A stretch of 64,000 nucleotides of DNA, taken from contig OY970382.1 of the NCBI GenBank assembly GCA_963719425.1, positions 7,888-71,887 on the forward strand. The letters run 5' to 3'. The notes under the pieces are model-generated. The model was not told the origin of the DNA. It saw only the letters and a list, made by a program, of their open reading frames with translations, and made no database searches. Positions 56,134 through 64,000 of this stretch are shown piece by piece (the first letter of the stretch is position 1; each line of letters opens with the position of its first letter). Made by a program: the position numbers and the translations under genes. This DNA is from an uncultured bacterium. Lineage in GTDB: Bacteria; Patescibacteriota; Minisyncoccia; UBA6257; 2-01-FULL-56-20.

Positions 56134-57996
56134 GTGAATAATATTCGAAACTTTGTTATCATCGCCCATATTGATGCCGGGAAGTCCACGCTTGCTGACC
56201 GTTTTTTGGAGATCACGGGGACGGTGCCCCTGCGCTCCATGCGCGCACAGTATCTGGATCGCTTGCCTTTGGAGCGCGAGCGGGGAATTACGATCAAGAT
56301 GGCGCCGGTGCGGATGCGGTACCAGCCCAGCACCACTTTTGCTGACGAAAGTGGTGCTGGGCGGATGGGCGGCGAGGAATATATTTTGAATCTGATTGAC
56401 ACGCCGGGACACTCGGATTTTTCGTATGAGGTTTCTCGCGCGCTCGCGGCGGTGGAAGGGGCGATACTTTTGATTGACGGTACCAGGGGAATCCAGGCGC
56501 AGACGCTGTCCAATTTGCGCGCGGCGCAGAACGCGGGACTCGCGATTATCCCCGCCGTGAACAAGATTGACCTCGCGTTGCCGCAGATTGAAAGGATAGT
56601 GGAATCGGTCGCCGAACTTTTGCATATGCCGAAGGAGGGCGTGCGCCGGGTTTCCGCAAAGACCGGCGAAGGCGTGAGGGAATTATTGGACACGGTAGTG
56701 CGGGAAGTGCCGCCCCCTCGCGACGTTCCCGCGGATGCAAAACCCTCTCTGAACGCGAACCGCGGTGCCCATGGCGTCGGAAAAGCTCTTATCTTTGATT
56801 CGCTCTATGATGATCACAAGGGCATCATCGCTTTCATACGCGTGTTCGGTGGCGAGTTCAAAACCGAGCATATGCGGTTTATGGCAACAGGCGTTGCATT
56901 CAAACCGAAGGAGGTGGGTTATTTTACGCCGGACCCCGTGGCATCGCCTGCGGTCATAAACGGCGAGATCGGCTATCTTGCGACGGGGCTCAAGGAGCCG
57001 TCGCGCGTGAAAATCGGGGACACGGTGCTTGCAACCCATCACGGAAAAGGGGAGGCCGTCGCTGATGCGTTGCCCGGCTATCGTGAACCGGCGCCTGTCG
57101 TTTTCATTTCGTTTTATCCCGACCATGACACGAAGTTTGACGATCTCAAACGCGCGTTTGAAAAGTTGCGACTGAACGATGCAGCGCTTTCTTTTGAGCC
57201 GGATGCCAACGAGGCGCTTGGCCGCGGCCTCAAGGTTGGTTTCCTTGGACAACTTCATTTTGAGATCATTGCGAGCCGCTTGGAACGGGAATATAACCTG
57301 CAATTTTTAACGAGTTTTCCTACGATTGCGTACCGCGTACAGGATCACGGCGTGGTGCGCGTGATCAAGCAACCGCAGGATTTTCCGGACAAGCCGGAGA
57401 AAGTGTGGGAGCCCTTCGTTCACTTGGAAATCCTCACGCCGCAGAAATATTTGAGTGCGGTTGTGAATTTACAAACTGTGTTTGATGTTGAAATTTCCCA
57501 GGTCAAAAATATCGGTGAGAATCTTTTGATTGAGGGGAAAATTCCGCTTCGCGAGCTGATTCGCGACTTTGATGACCGCCTGAAATCAGCCTCGCAGGGA
57601 TATGCATCGTTCACCTACGAGCTTGCCGGGGAACAGGAAGCAGAGGTGGAGAAATTGGAAATTTTAGTTGTGGACGAAGTGGTGCCTGCACTCACGCGCC
57701 TCGTTCCCAAGAAAGATCTTGAGCGCGAAGGAAGACAGACCGTGGAGCGGCTGAAGGAACTTTTGCCGAAGGAGCAGTTCGCGCAGGCGATCCAGGCAAA
57801 GGCGCTCGGCCGCATCATCGCGCGCGAAACGATTCCGGCGATGAAGAAATTATTGGGCAATTTCGGGAAGACTGGCGGCGACCGCACGCGGAAGATGAAG
57901 CTGTGGCGGAAACAGCGGCGCGGGAAGGAAAAACTGCAGAGCATGGCCCGGGTGGAGCTCGCGCCGGAGGTGTTTCGGGAGATACTAAAAAAGTAA
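56134..57996 (+). CDS. lepA: Elongation factor 4
   Basis: G1 motif NFVIIAHIDAGKST; DTPGH; LepA-specific C-terminal domain. GTG start. Confidence 0.85.
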   Translation: MNNIRNFVIIAHIDAGKSTLADRFLEITGTVPLRSMRAQYLDRLPLERERGITIKMAPVRMRYQPSTTFADESGAGRMGGEEYILNLIDTPGHSDFSYEVSRALAAVEGAILLIDGTRGIQAQTLSNLRAAQNAGLAIIPAVNKIDLALPQIERIVESVAELLHMPKEGVRRVSAKTGEGVRELLDTVVREVPPPRDVPADAKPSLNANRGAHGVGKALIFDSLYDDHKGIIAFIRVFGGEFKTEHMRFMATGVAFKPKEVGYFTPDPVASPAVINGEIGYLATGLKEPSRVKIGDTVLATHHGKGEAVADALPGYREPAPVVFISFYPDHDTKFDDLKRAFEKLRLNDAALSFEPDANEALGRGLKVGFLGQLHFEIIASRLEREYNLQFLTSFPTIAYRVQDHGVVRVIKQPQDFPDKPEKVWEPFVHLEILTPQKYLSAVVNLQTVFDVEISQVKNIGENLLIEGKIPLRELIRDFDDRLKSASQGYASFTYELAGEQEAEVEKLEILVVDEVVPALTRLVPKKDLEREGRQTVERLKELLPKEQFAQAIQAKALGRIIARETIPAMKKLLGNFGKTGGDRTRKMKLWRKQRRGKEKLQSMARVELAPEVFREILKK

Positions 57997-58049
57997 CACA
58001 AGACGGCAGCTGTCTTGTATGTTTCTTTTTGAGAATCTAAACTGAAGCT

Positions 58050-58343
58050 ATGAAGATTGCAGGCGCCGTCGTGCTCCTCGTTGTTCTTGTGCTTGTGGGC
58101 GTACGGGTGTACTCGTTTTTTGCGCAAGAGAAGCAGTTGGGCCAGGAGCTCGCCGACATAGAAACGCGGCTTACAAAGGCGCAATACGACGAGGCAAGCT
58201 TACAGTCGGAGGTGCAGTACCTTGCAAATCCACTCAATTTGGAAAAGGAATTGCGCGCGCGGTTCAACTATAAAAAACCGGGCGAGACGATGATCATCAT
58301 CGTGCCCGCGCAAACTTCCACTGCGGCCACAACCACAGATTAA
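58050..58343 (+). CDS. ftsB: Septum formation initiator (FtsB/DivIC-like)
   Basis: Single N-terminal TM followed by a coiled coil; 97 aa. Confidence 0.55.
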   Translation: MKIAGAVVLLVVLVLVGVRVYSFFAQEKQLGQELADIETRLTKAQYDEASLQSEVQYLANPLNLEKELRARFNYKKPGETMIIIVPAQTSTAATTTD

Positions 58344-58352
58344 AAAAAGAGT

Positions 58353-58994
58353 ATGAAGGTTGATGCCGAAGAACTTATACGCGATCTGATTGTGGAAGGA
58401 TATTTGAAAACGCCGGCGCTCATCAAGGCGTTCCGGGCGATTGACCGCAAGGATTTCGTGTTGCCGGAATATGCCGGGGAGGCGTACGGAAATTATCCGT
58501 TGCCGATTGGATTCGGACAGACAATTTCCCAACCGCTCACAGTCGCGTTCATGCTGGAACTCCTCGCATCGCGCGCGGGAGAAAGTATTTTGGACATCGG
58601 CTCGGGCTCGGGGTGGCAGACCGCGCTTTTGGCGTACGTGGTGAGCGGGGGAGGAAATGCGCGTGGCCGCGTGGTGGCAATAGAGCGGATCCCCGAGCTC
58701 CAAGCGATGACCGAGCGCAACGTGGAGAAATACGGTTTCGTAACGCACGGCATTGTGCGTGCGGTACTCGGCGACGGTTCAAAGGGATATGCCGCGGACG
58801 CGCCGTATGATAAGATCATTGCCGCGGCGGCGGGGGAGGAAATTCCTGCCGCGTGGAGAGAGCAACTCCGGCCGGGCGGGAGGATTGTGGCGCCCGTAAG
58901 GGATAGCGTCGTCGCGGTGGATAAGGCCGCCAAGGGAGATTTCAAAATACGGGAATATCACGGATTCAGCTTCGTGCCGCTCGTTGAAGATTGA
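58353..58994 (+). CDS. pcm: Protein-L-isoaspartate O-methyltransferase
   Basis: SQP motif TISQPLTVAFMLELL; SAM motif ILDIGSGSGW. Confidence 0.85.
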   Translation: MKVDAEELIRDLIVEGYLKTPALIKAFRAIDRKDFVLPEYAGEAYGNYPLPIGFGQTISQPLTVAFMLELLASRAGESILDIGSGSGWQTALLAYVVSGGGNARGRVVAIERIPELQAMTERNVEKYGFVTHGIVRAVLGDGSKGYAADAPYDKIIAAAAGEEIPAAWREQLRPGGRIVAPVRDSVVAVDKAAKGDFKIREYHGFSFVPLVED

Positions 58995-59024
58995 GCGTTC
59001 GCGATGGTACAATGCTTACGTCGC

Positions 59025-59095
59025 GGGTGTAGTACAGTGGCAGTACGGTAGCTTCCCAAGCTATAGACGAGGGTTCGATTCCCTTCACCCGCTCC
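59025..59095 (+). tRNA. tRNA-Gly (CCC)
   Basis: Acceptor GCGGGTG/CACCCGC; anticodon loop TTCCCAA; U73; T-loop TTCGATT; CCA not encoded. Confidence 0.75.
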
Positions 59096-59132
59096 GGCGA
59101 CTGAGCGATGTTAGAATCTGTCTGGTGTGGGA

Positions 59133-60809
59133 TTAGACTACCTCTGCCTGATAGCACTGCTCGCAGTAGACGATTTCGGGTCTCTCCGGCGCAAAGTTTG
59201 TTTTGACATCTTTTCCGCACCGACTGCACCGACGACCATAGAGGGTAAACGGTCCCCGTTTCTTGATTCTCGCCATATGACGGCAGTTGAAACATTTTCG
59301 TGGTATTGGGATAAAAAGCCGCTTATAGAGGAGTAGCTCCTGCGGAATGATGCGGTAGTTTCTACCACACTCCGCACACGCAAAAACTTCTTTGGTGATA
59401 GATTCGGAAACATCACGGATATGGTCCGGGATTTTTTCGAGTAGCATAGTCTCCTTTCCCTTTGTCGTTTGCACATCGTCCTGCCACCCAAGTCCCTGTG
59501 CGAGCGTTTCTTCTTTAGTCATAGGTAAATTGTCTTGCCCGATCGTTTCGTTATAGGCGAAGAGACCAACCTGCGGAGGCAACGGGAGGCCATAGCCATT
59601 CTTTTCTTTTAACTCTTTAATAATGTGTTCTCTGATGCGCTTATATTCCGTCTCTGGATATTTCTTGTTTAGTACGCAAAATTCTGCATTTTTGAGCCCG
59701 TCGCAACCGATGCAGTTATTGCATGTATTTAGTCCGAGTGAGTAGTCAATATCGTGACTAGCAGAGATGAGGGCAGATCCAATAACGCGATTGGAATATC
59801 CTACCGCCGCATCGGCGAGCAACAATTCGCTGTTGAATCCATATCCGGTGGTATCGTAGGAACCCTTCGTATTTTTGTTGAAAAAGGCATATTTGCAATC
59901 TTCGCAGTTCGCATCCTCAAATGAATACTTCACGTTTTTTGATTCGGTAAGATAATCGCCGATGCAGTTGACCGATTTCAAATTCTGATTCTCGCGCTGC
60001 GGAAATTGTAGCGCGAATTGCTCAAAGCGCCGCTCAGCTTCTTTCATCTTGGAGTAACTTCCCAAGATCCCATGTACCCTCCTTTCGTATTCTTCCTTGG
60101 AAAGTTGTTCGTTGAAGAAGCGGTATTTTTGATTGCGTAAATTCATACACCCGAAGCAATAGGTGCACCCGCTACAGTTCGCAATATAGGCGCAGTCAAT
60201 GTTTCCGCTTATGTTTTGCCCGTGATACACGCGCGAGGAATGATGGCCGTTGATGCATTCGTAGCAATCCTCCAAAAACGTTGCGTAGTAGAGGTCCGAA
60301 ACATATTTGCAATGCCGCATACCGCGAGAGTAGAGCACCTCTTCTCCTTCGCCGGAGTTAAAGACGAGGTAGCAGTTTTTTTCATATGGCCCGGCGTAAT
60401 TGATGTACTCGCTGTTTACGTTAGTGGGGCTGTGGGTGATGTAGAGGGCTTGCTTCGGAGTTTTTCTGAAAAGTTCTCCGAGCTGCTCAAAGAATGGCTT
60501 TTTGAGATCGAAATCGACGTTGAATGAGAATCGGTCCCAGTTGTCTGAATCAAAGCACTTCGTGCAGTAAGCCGTATATGGTGATCGGGGGTTATACGCG
60601 GAAACGATGGTTTTCCCGCATAGGCCGCATTTGGAGTTGTATAAAGTACGTTCGTTGCGATAGAGCGCTCGCCATTTGAAGCGACAGTTCGGACAGATGC
60701 TTGGAGGTTGAGCCCCCATCTTCTTGTAAAAATCAAAATCTTCCGGTTCAATCGTGAACTGGTTTTTGCAATTCCGGCATGCCCGCGTTTCTTGCTCCAT
60801 TACTCTCAT
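59133..60809 (-). CDS. Large cysteine-rich protein with zinc-ribbon-like modules at both termini and internal C-x2-C repeats
   Basis: N-terminus CRNCKNQF..FYKK..CPNCR...CGLCGK...CTKCF and C-terminus CAECGRNY..LYKR..CFNCR...CSRCGK...CEQCY are internal repeats; the central region has >20 additional Cys, mostly in C-x2-C spacing. Confidence 0.6.
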   Translation of the reverse strand: MRVMEQETRACRNCKNQFTIEPEDFDFYKKMGAQPPSICPNCRFKWRALYRNERTLYNSKCGLCGKTIVSAYNPRSPYTAYCTKCFDSDNWDRFSFNVDFDLKKPFFEQLGELFRKTPKQALYITHSPTNVNSEYINYAGPYEKNCYLVFNSGEGEEVLYSRGMRHCKYVSDLYYATFLEDCYECINGHHSSRVYHGQNISGNIDCAYIANCSGCTYCFGCMNLRNQKYRFFNEQLSKEEYERRVHGILGSYSKMKEAERRFEQFALQFPQRENQNLKSVNCIGDYLTESKNVKYSFEDANCEDCKYAFFNKNTKGSYDTTGYGFNSELLLADAAVGYSNRVIGSALISASHDIDYSLGLNTCNNCIGCDGLKNAEFCVLNKKYPETEYKRIREHIIKELKEKNGYGLPLPPQVGLFAYNETIGQDNLPMTKEETLAQGLGWQDDVQTTKGKETMLLEKIPDHIRDVSESITKEVFACAECGRNYRIIPQELLLYKRLFIPIPRKCFNCRHMARIKKRGPFTLYGRRCSRCGKDVKTNFAPERPEIVYCEQCYQAEVV

Positions 60810-60894
60810 TCTATCAGAACGAGAAAGGCTACACGTCTCTCGGTCTGTCCGATACTAAAAACGGTTGTTCCGCGCCCCGCTCCAGCAGTCGTTG

Positions 60895-61665
60895 CTACTC
60901 CTTCTTCTTGAACAAGCTCACTACGAAAAGCGCGGCAGCCGTGACGACGATCGTGGGTCCTTGGTCAAGGCCGTACTGGGCGGAGATGTAAAATCCGATG
61001 AGCATTGCGGTGATGGAAAGCGCCATGGAGGTCAGAAGGAACATGCCGAGCGAATGGGTAAACTGGCGTGCGGCGGAGGCGGGAATGATGATGAGGGAGC
61101 CCACAAGCAGTGCGCCGAGGAAGCGCAGCGAAACGAGGATGGCAAGGCCGAAGATGAGCAAGAACCAAAGATTCACGGTATTCACGTTGATGCCGGCGGA
61201 GGCGGCGAGCTCCGGGGAAAAGAGGGCGATGATCAGTTTATTGCGCAGCACCCAGAGCGTCCCGATGACGATTATGCTCACTGCCATCCCGAAGATAAAT
61301 CCGCCAGTCGTGAGATTTCCGAATCCACCAAAGAGCGCGTCCACAAGGTCTTCGGTGGAATGGATAAGAAGCGCGCCGAGCGCAACGGAGGAAGCGAAAA
61401 TGACGCCGATCGCGGCCTCAGCGGAAAGTTCGGTGGATTTTTGAAGATGCCAGATAAGGAGGATGCCTATGAGGAGCGTGAGGCCGCCGCCCGCGAGCGG
61501 ATTGATTTTCCAGACGATGGCAAGGCCGAGACCGGGAATTGCGATGTGCGACATCACGTCGCCCGCGAGGATTGTCCGCTTCATCAGTGCGAAGGCGCCG
61601 ACGAGGCCTGCGGCTGCTGCAGCAAAAATGGCGAGCGTGACGGAGTAGATATCAGTGAGGGTCAT
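60895..61665 (-). CDS. ABC transporter permease, ABC-3 (Zn/Mn ZnuB/MntB-like)
   Basis: 8-TM ABC-3 architecture. Start at MTLTDIYSV. Confidence 0.7.
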   Translation of the reverse strand: MTLTDIYSVTLAIFAAAAAGLVGAFALMKRTILAGDVMSHIAIPGLGLAIVWKINPLAGGGLTLLIGILLIWHLQKSTELSAEAAIGVIFASSVALGALLIHSTEDLVDALFGGFGNLTTGGFIFGMAVSIIVIGTLWVLRNKLIIALFSPELAASAGINVNTVNLWFLLIFGLAILVSLRFLGALLVGSLIIIPASAARQFTHSLGMFLLTSMALSITAMLIGFYISAQYGLDQGPTIVVTAAALFVVSLFKKKE

Positions 61666-62362
61666 GGAGGTGATGGAAGTGGTGGAAATATTTGTGCGGC
61701 CCATAAAGTTTTTCCAAAACATCTTTAGTAAGCGCTTCGTCGGGCGGGCCGAAACAGAGGGCGGAGGTGTGGAGGCAAAGCACTTTCGTGGCGTATTGAT
61801 ACACGAAGTTGAGGTCATGCGAAACGAGAATGGTCGTCATGTCATATTGGTCCTGAAGGCGGTGGACGAGTTCGTAAACTTGCTCTTCGCCGGCTTCGTC
61901 AATACTCGCGGTCGGTTCGTCCAAGAGCAGCACGCTCGGCTTTCCCAAAAGCGCGAAGGCGATAAGCGCGCGCTGGAACTGTCCGCCCGAAAGGTGCCCC
62001 ACGGGCGTTTCAAGTATTTTTTTTGTGATGCCGACGGCATCCGCAACGGCGCCCGCTTCGGTTTTTGCGAGCCGAAGCGTTGCCGATTTTGCTGCAAGGA
62101 GATTGTGAAAGTTGATTGGGAGGTGGCGATCAGCATCTATTTTTTGCGGCACATAGCCCACATGCGTCTCATTGGTCCAAGAGATTTCACCGCGATAAGG
62201 AATCATGCCAAGAAGCGCGCGTAGAAGCACGCTTTTGCCCGCCCCGTTAAGGCCGATGACCGCGAGCGCATCCCCCTTTTCAAGTTTAAAACTGACATCC
62301 CGCAGCGCGGTTTTCCCGCCAAACGTTACGCTCAAGTCGGAAACGGTAAGCATATCTGCCAT
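61652..62362 (-). CDS. ABC transporter ATP-binding protein (ZnuC-like) with a His-rich C-terminal tail
   Basis: Walker A GLNGAGKS; signature LSGGQ; Walker B LLLDEP; tail HHFHHLHDPH. Start at MADMLTV. Confidence 0.8.
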   Translation of the reverse strand: MADMLTVSDLSVTFGGKTALRDVSFKLEKGDALAVIGLNGAGKSVLLRALLGMIPYRGEISWTNETHVGYVPQKIDADRHLPINFHNLLAAKSATLRLAKTEAGAVADAVGITKKILETPVGHLSGGQFQRALIAFALLGKPSVLLLDEPTASIDEAGEEQVYELVHRLQDQYDMTTILVSHDLNFVYQYATKVLCLHTSALCFGPPDEALTKDVLEKLYGPHKYFHHFHHLHDPH

Positions 62363-62428
62363 TGTGAGTATTGTAGCGTAGCGGCGGCGGACGGGGAAGA
62401 GACCAGACCGGAATGATAGAATGAAGGT

Positions 62429-64000
62429 ATGCGGCGGCCGTCTAAAGGAAAACTTCAGAACCGGATTTTCCTCGTGATCTTGATCGGGCTTGTTCCTATC
62501 GCGGTCGCGGTGGGGCTGGGTATCTATGCCGTGCAGAGTTCGCACCGAGAGGATGTGGCGCGGCTTGAATCGGCAGTGCTTACGGAAAAAGCACAGGAAG
62601 TAGAGAATTATGTAAACGAGGACATCTTGAGCCATCCGCGGATCATATCGCCCCAAGGGACGAACATTGAACAATCAACGGCGACGCAGGAATTCGCCCT
62701 CAGCCAAACCATGAATGTGCTCACCTTTTTGAACGCGGAATCTTTTGTCAATTTGAACGGAGAGGAATCGGTGCGCCTTGATCGTACGCATCCCGACGGC
62801 TATCCCGCGGATGCGTTGCGCGATATGAGCGCCACGCCGGAGTTCCATGCCGCCCGCGCTGGCAACTACTATATTGGTCCCGTTTCGTACGCTTCGTCCA
62901 CGCCCGTGGTCACTTTTTCGTCTCCTGTGGAAGATGACGCAAAGAATGTAACGGGGGTGATAGTGGGAGAAGCGAACCTTATGGAGCTGCAGACGATCGT
63001 GGCGGGAGCAAAGATTGGGACCACCGGATACCTATATCTTGTAGATGGACAAGGGAACATAATCGGCGGGGGAGGGCCGATGAGCGGAACAATAGGGCAA
63101 GAGCCGGCCGCGAACGGAATCATTTTCCCGACGGTTCAAGCGGCGCTCGCCAAGGAAGATCTCCTTACCGCCGCTACACAAGCGACCTATAAAAACATTA
63201 CAGGAGAAACAGTGGTCGCCGCGGAGAAATATATTCCGGAATTCGGCTGGGGGCTCGTCGTGGAGTGGCCGACAAGCGAGGCGAACGCCGTGATCAACAC
63301 GCTTTTCTTCCGCAACGCCATCACGTTTGCCATCGTACTGCTCATCGCATTCGCCGCGTCGCTCTTCCTCGCCGCATACGTGGTGCGTCCGGTGCGGAAG
63401 TTGCAGGAGGGCGCGGCGCGGGTGGCGCAGGGAAAATTTGATGAGGGGGTTTACATCGCAACTGGCGACGAATTGGAAGCTCTCGGCGACTCGTTCAATA
63501 ACATGGTGCAAGGACTGAAGCAGTTGGAACAGTTGAAAGATGAGTTCGTTTTCGTTGCGGCGCACGAGCTGCGGACCCCGGTGGCCGCTATGAAGGGATA
63601 TCTGTCCCTTATTCTTGATGGGACGACGGGCGCCATCACCGACGGGACCAAAGCATATGTGGAGAAAGTGATCGCATCAGACAACCGCCTCGTCCAGTTG
63701 GTGAACGACCTTCTTGAAGTTGCCCGTTCAGAGGCGGGCCGGCTCACGATCAAGGTGTCGCCAATTGACGTGGCACCGCTCGTCCGCGCCGTGCTTGATG
63801 AGCTGAAGTCCCTCGCCGACGAGAAGTCGGTGAAGATGGTCTACGAACCGCCCGCAGACCTGCCGAAGGCGATGGGCGACGCGGACCACGTGAAGGAGGT
63901 GATGGTCAATCTCGTAGGCAATGCGATCAAATACATGGGCGGTGCGGGGACGGTGACCGTCTCGCATGAGGCGAAGGATGGCAGGCTTATAACGCACGTC
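62429..64000 (+). CDS. Sensor histidine kinase (extracytoplasmic Cache-like domain, HAMP, HisKA, HATPase), 3'-truncated by the window end
   Basis: Open frame to the window end, absent from the supplied ORF track; TM1, periplasmic domain, TM2, HAMP; H-box FVAAHELRTPVAAMKGY; N-box VNLVGNAIKY. Confidence 0.75.
   Translation, partial: MRRPSKGKLQNRIFLVILIGLVPIAVAVGLGIYAVQSSHREDVARLESAVLTEKAQEVENYVNEDILSHPRIISPQGTNIEQSTATQEFALSQTMNVLTFLNAESFVNLNGEESVRLDRTHPDGYPADALRDMSATPEFHAARAGNYYIGPVSYASSTPVVTFSSPVEDDAKNVTGVIVGEANLMELQTIVAGAKIGTTGYLYLVDGQGNIIGGGGPMSGTIGQEPAANGIIFPTVQAALAKEDLLTAATQATYKNITGETVVAAEKYIPEFGWGLVVEWPTSEANAVINTLFFRNAITFAIVLLIAFAASLFLAAYVVRPVRKLQEGAARVAQGKFDEGVYIATGDELEALGDSFNNMVQGLKQLEQLKDEFVFVAAHELRTPVAAMKGYLSLILDGTTGAITDGTKAYVEKVIASDNRLVQLVNDLLEVARSEAGRLTIKVSPIDVAPLVRAVLDELKSLADEKSVKMVYEPPADLPKAMGDADHVKEVMVNLVGNAIKYMGGAGTVTVSHEAKDGRLITHV

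Noticed and set aside
63032-63997. Minus-strand ORFs at the window end
   Set aside because: They are antisense to the clearly recognisable sensor histidine kinase frame (H-box and N-box motifs).

Overview
This 64-kb window is gene-dense, about 52% GC, and mostly transcribed on the + strand. It looks like a small-genome bacterium of the Candidate Phyla Radiation / Patescibacteria (Parcubacteria-like) type; this is an inference, not a database result.

**What is in the window**
- A complete Gram-positive-style type IV pilus locus: pilB, pilin, pilT, pilC, pilA, pilD and four minor pilin genes, all with class III prepilin N-termini.
- Housekeeping genes: ligA, gatCAB (gatB separate from gatCA), murD, murI, alr, ftsW/rodA, ftsQ-like, ftsB-like, mltG, cca, miaA, thrS, serS, pheS, tmk, lepA, pcm, rpsF-ssb, rplK.
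- A single-ORF rpoB-rpoC fusion of 2246 aa.
- A Zn/Mn-type ABC transporter pair.
- A sensor histidine kinase, partial at the window end and missing from the ORF track.
- Six tRNAs and a 23S-5S rRNA locus with no adjacent 16S.

**Most unusual features**
- The 23S gene is interrupted four times: a helix-45 intervening sequence that itself carries tRNA-Lys and an insertion-bearing tRNA-Ile-like gene, and three group I introns.
- Two of the introns sit in tandem at the L1917 and L1931 sites. One encodes a LAGLIDADG homing endonuclease. The other looks like the same intron with that gene deleted.
- A conserved ~33-nt direct-repeat motif occurs five times, plus one degenerate copy, in intergenic DNA around the pilus genes.
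- PheS carries a C-terminal anticodon-binding (FDX-ACB) domain and has no adjacent pheT, as in monomeric mitochondrial-type PheRS.
- A 558-aa cysteine-rich protein has zinc-ribbon-like modules at both ends and belongs to no family I recognise.
- Other points of interest: large intergenic palindromes, a GC-rich structured RNA candidate, and several leaderless-type promoters.

All coordinates for RNA and intron boundaries are hand alignments, good to about ±10 nt.
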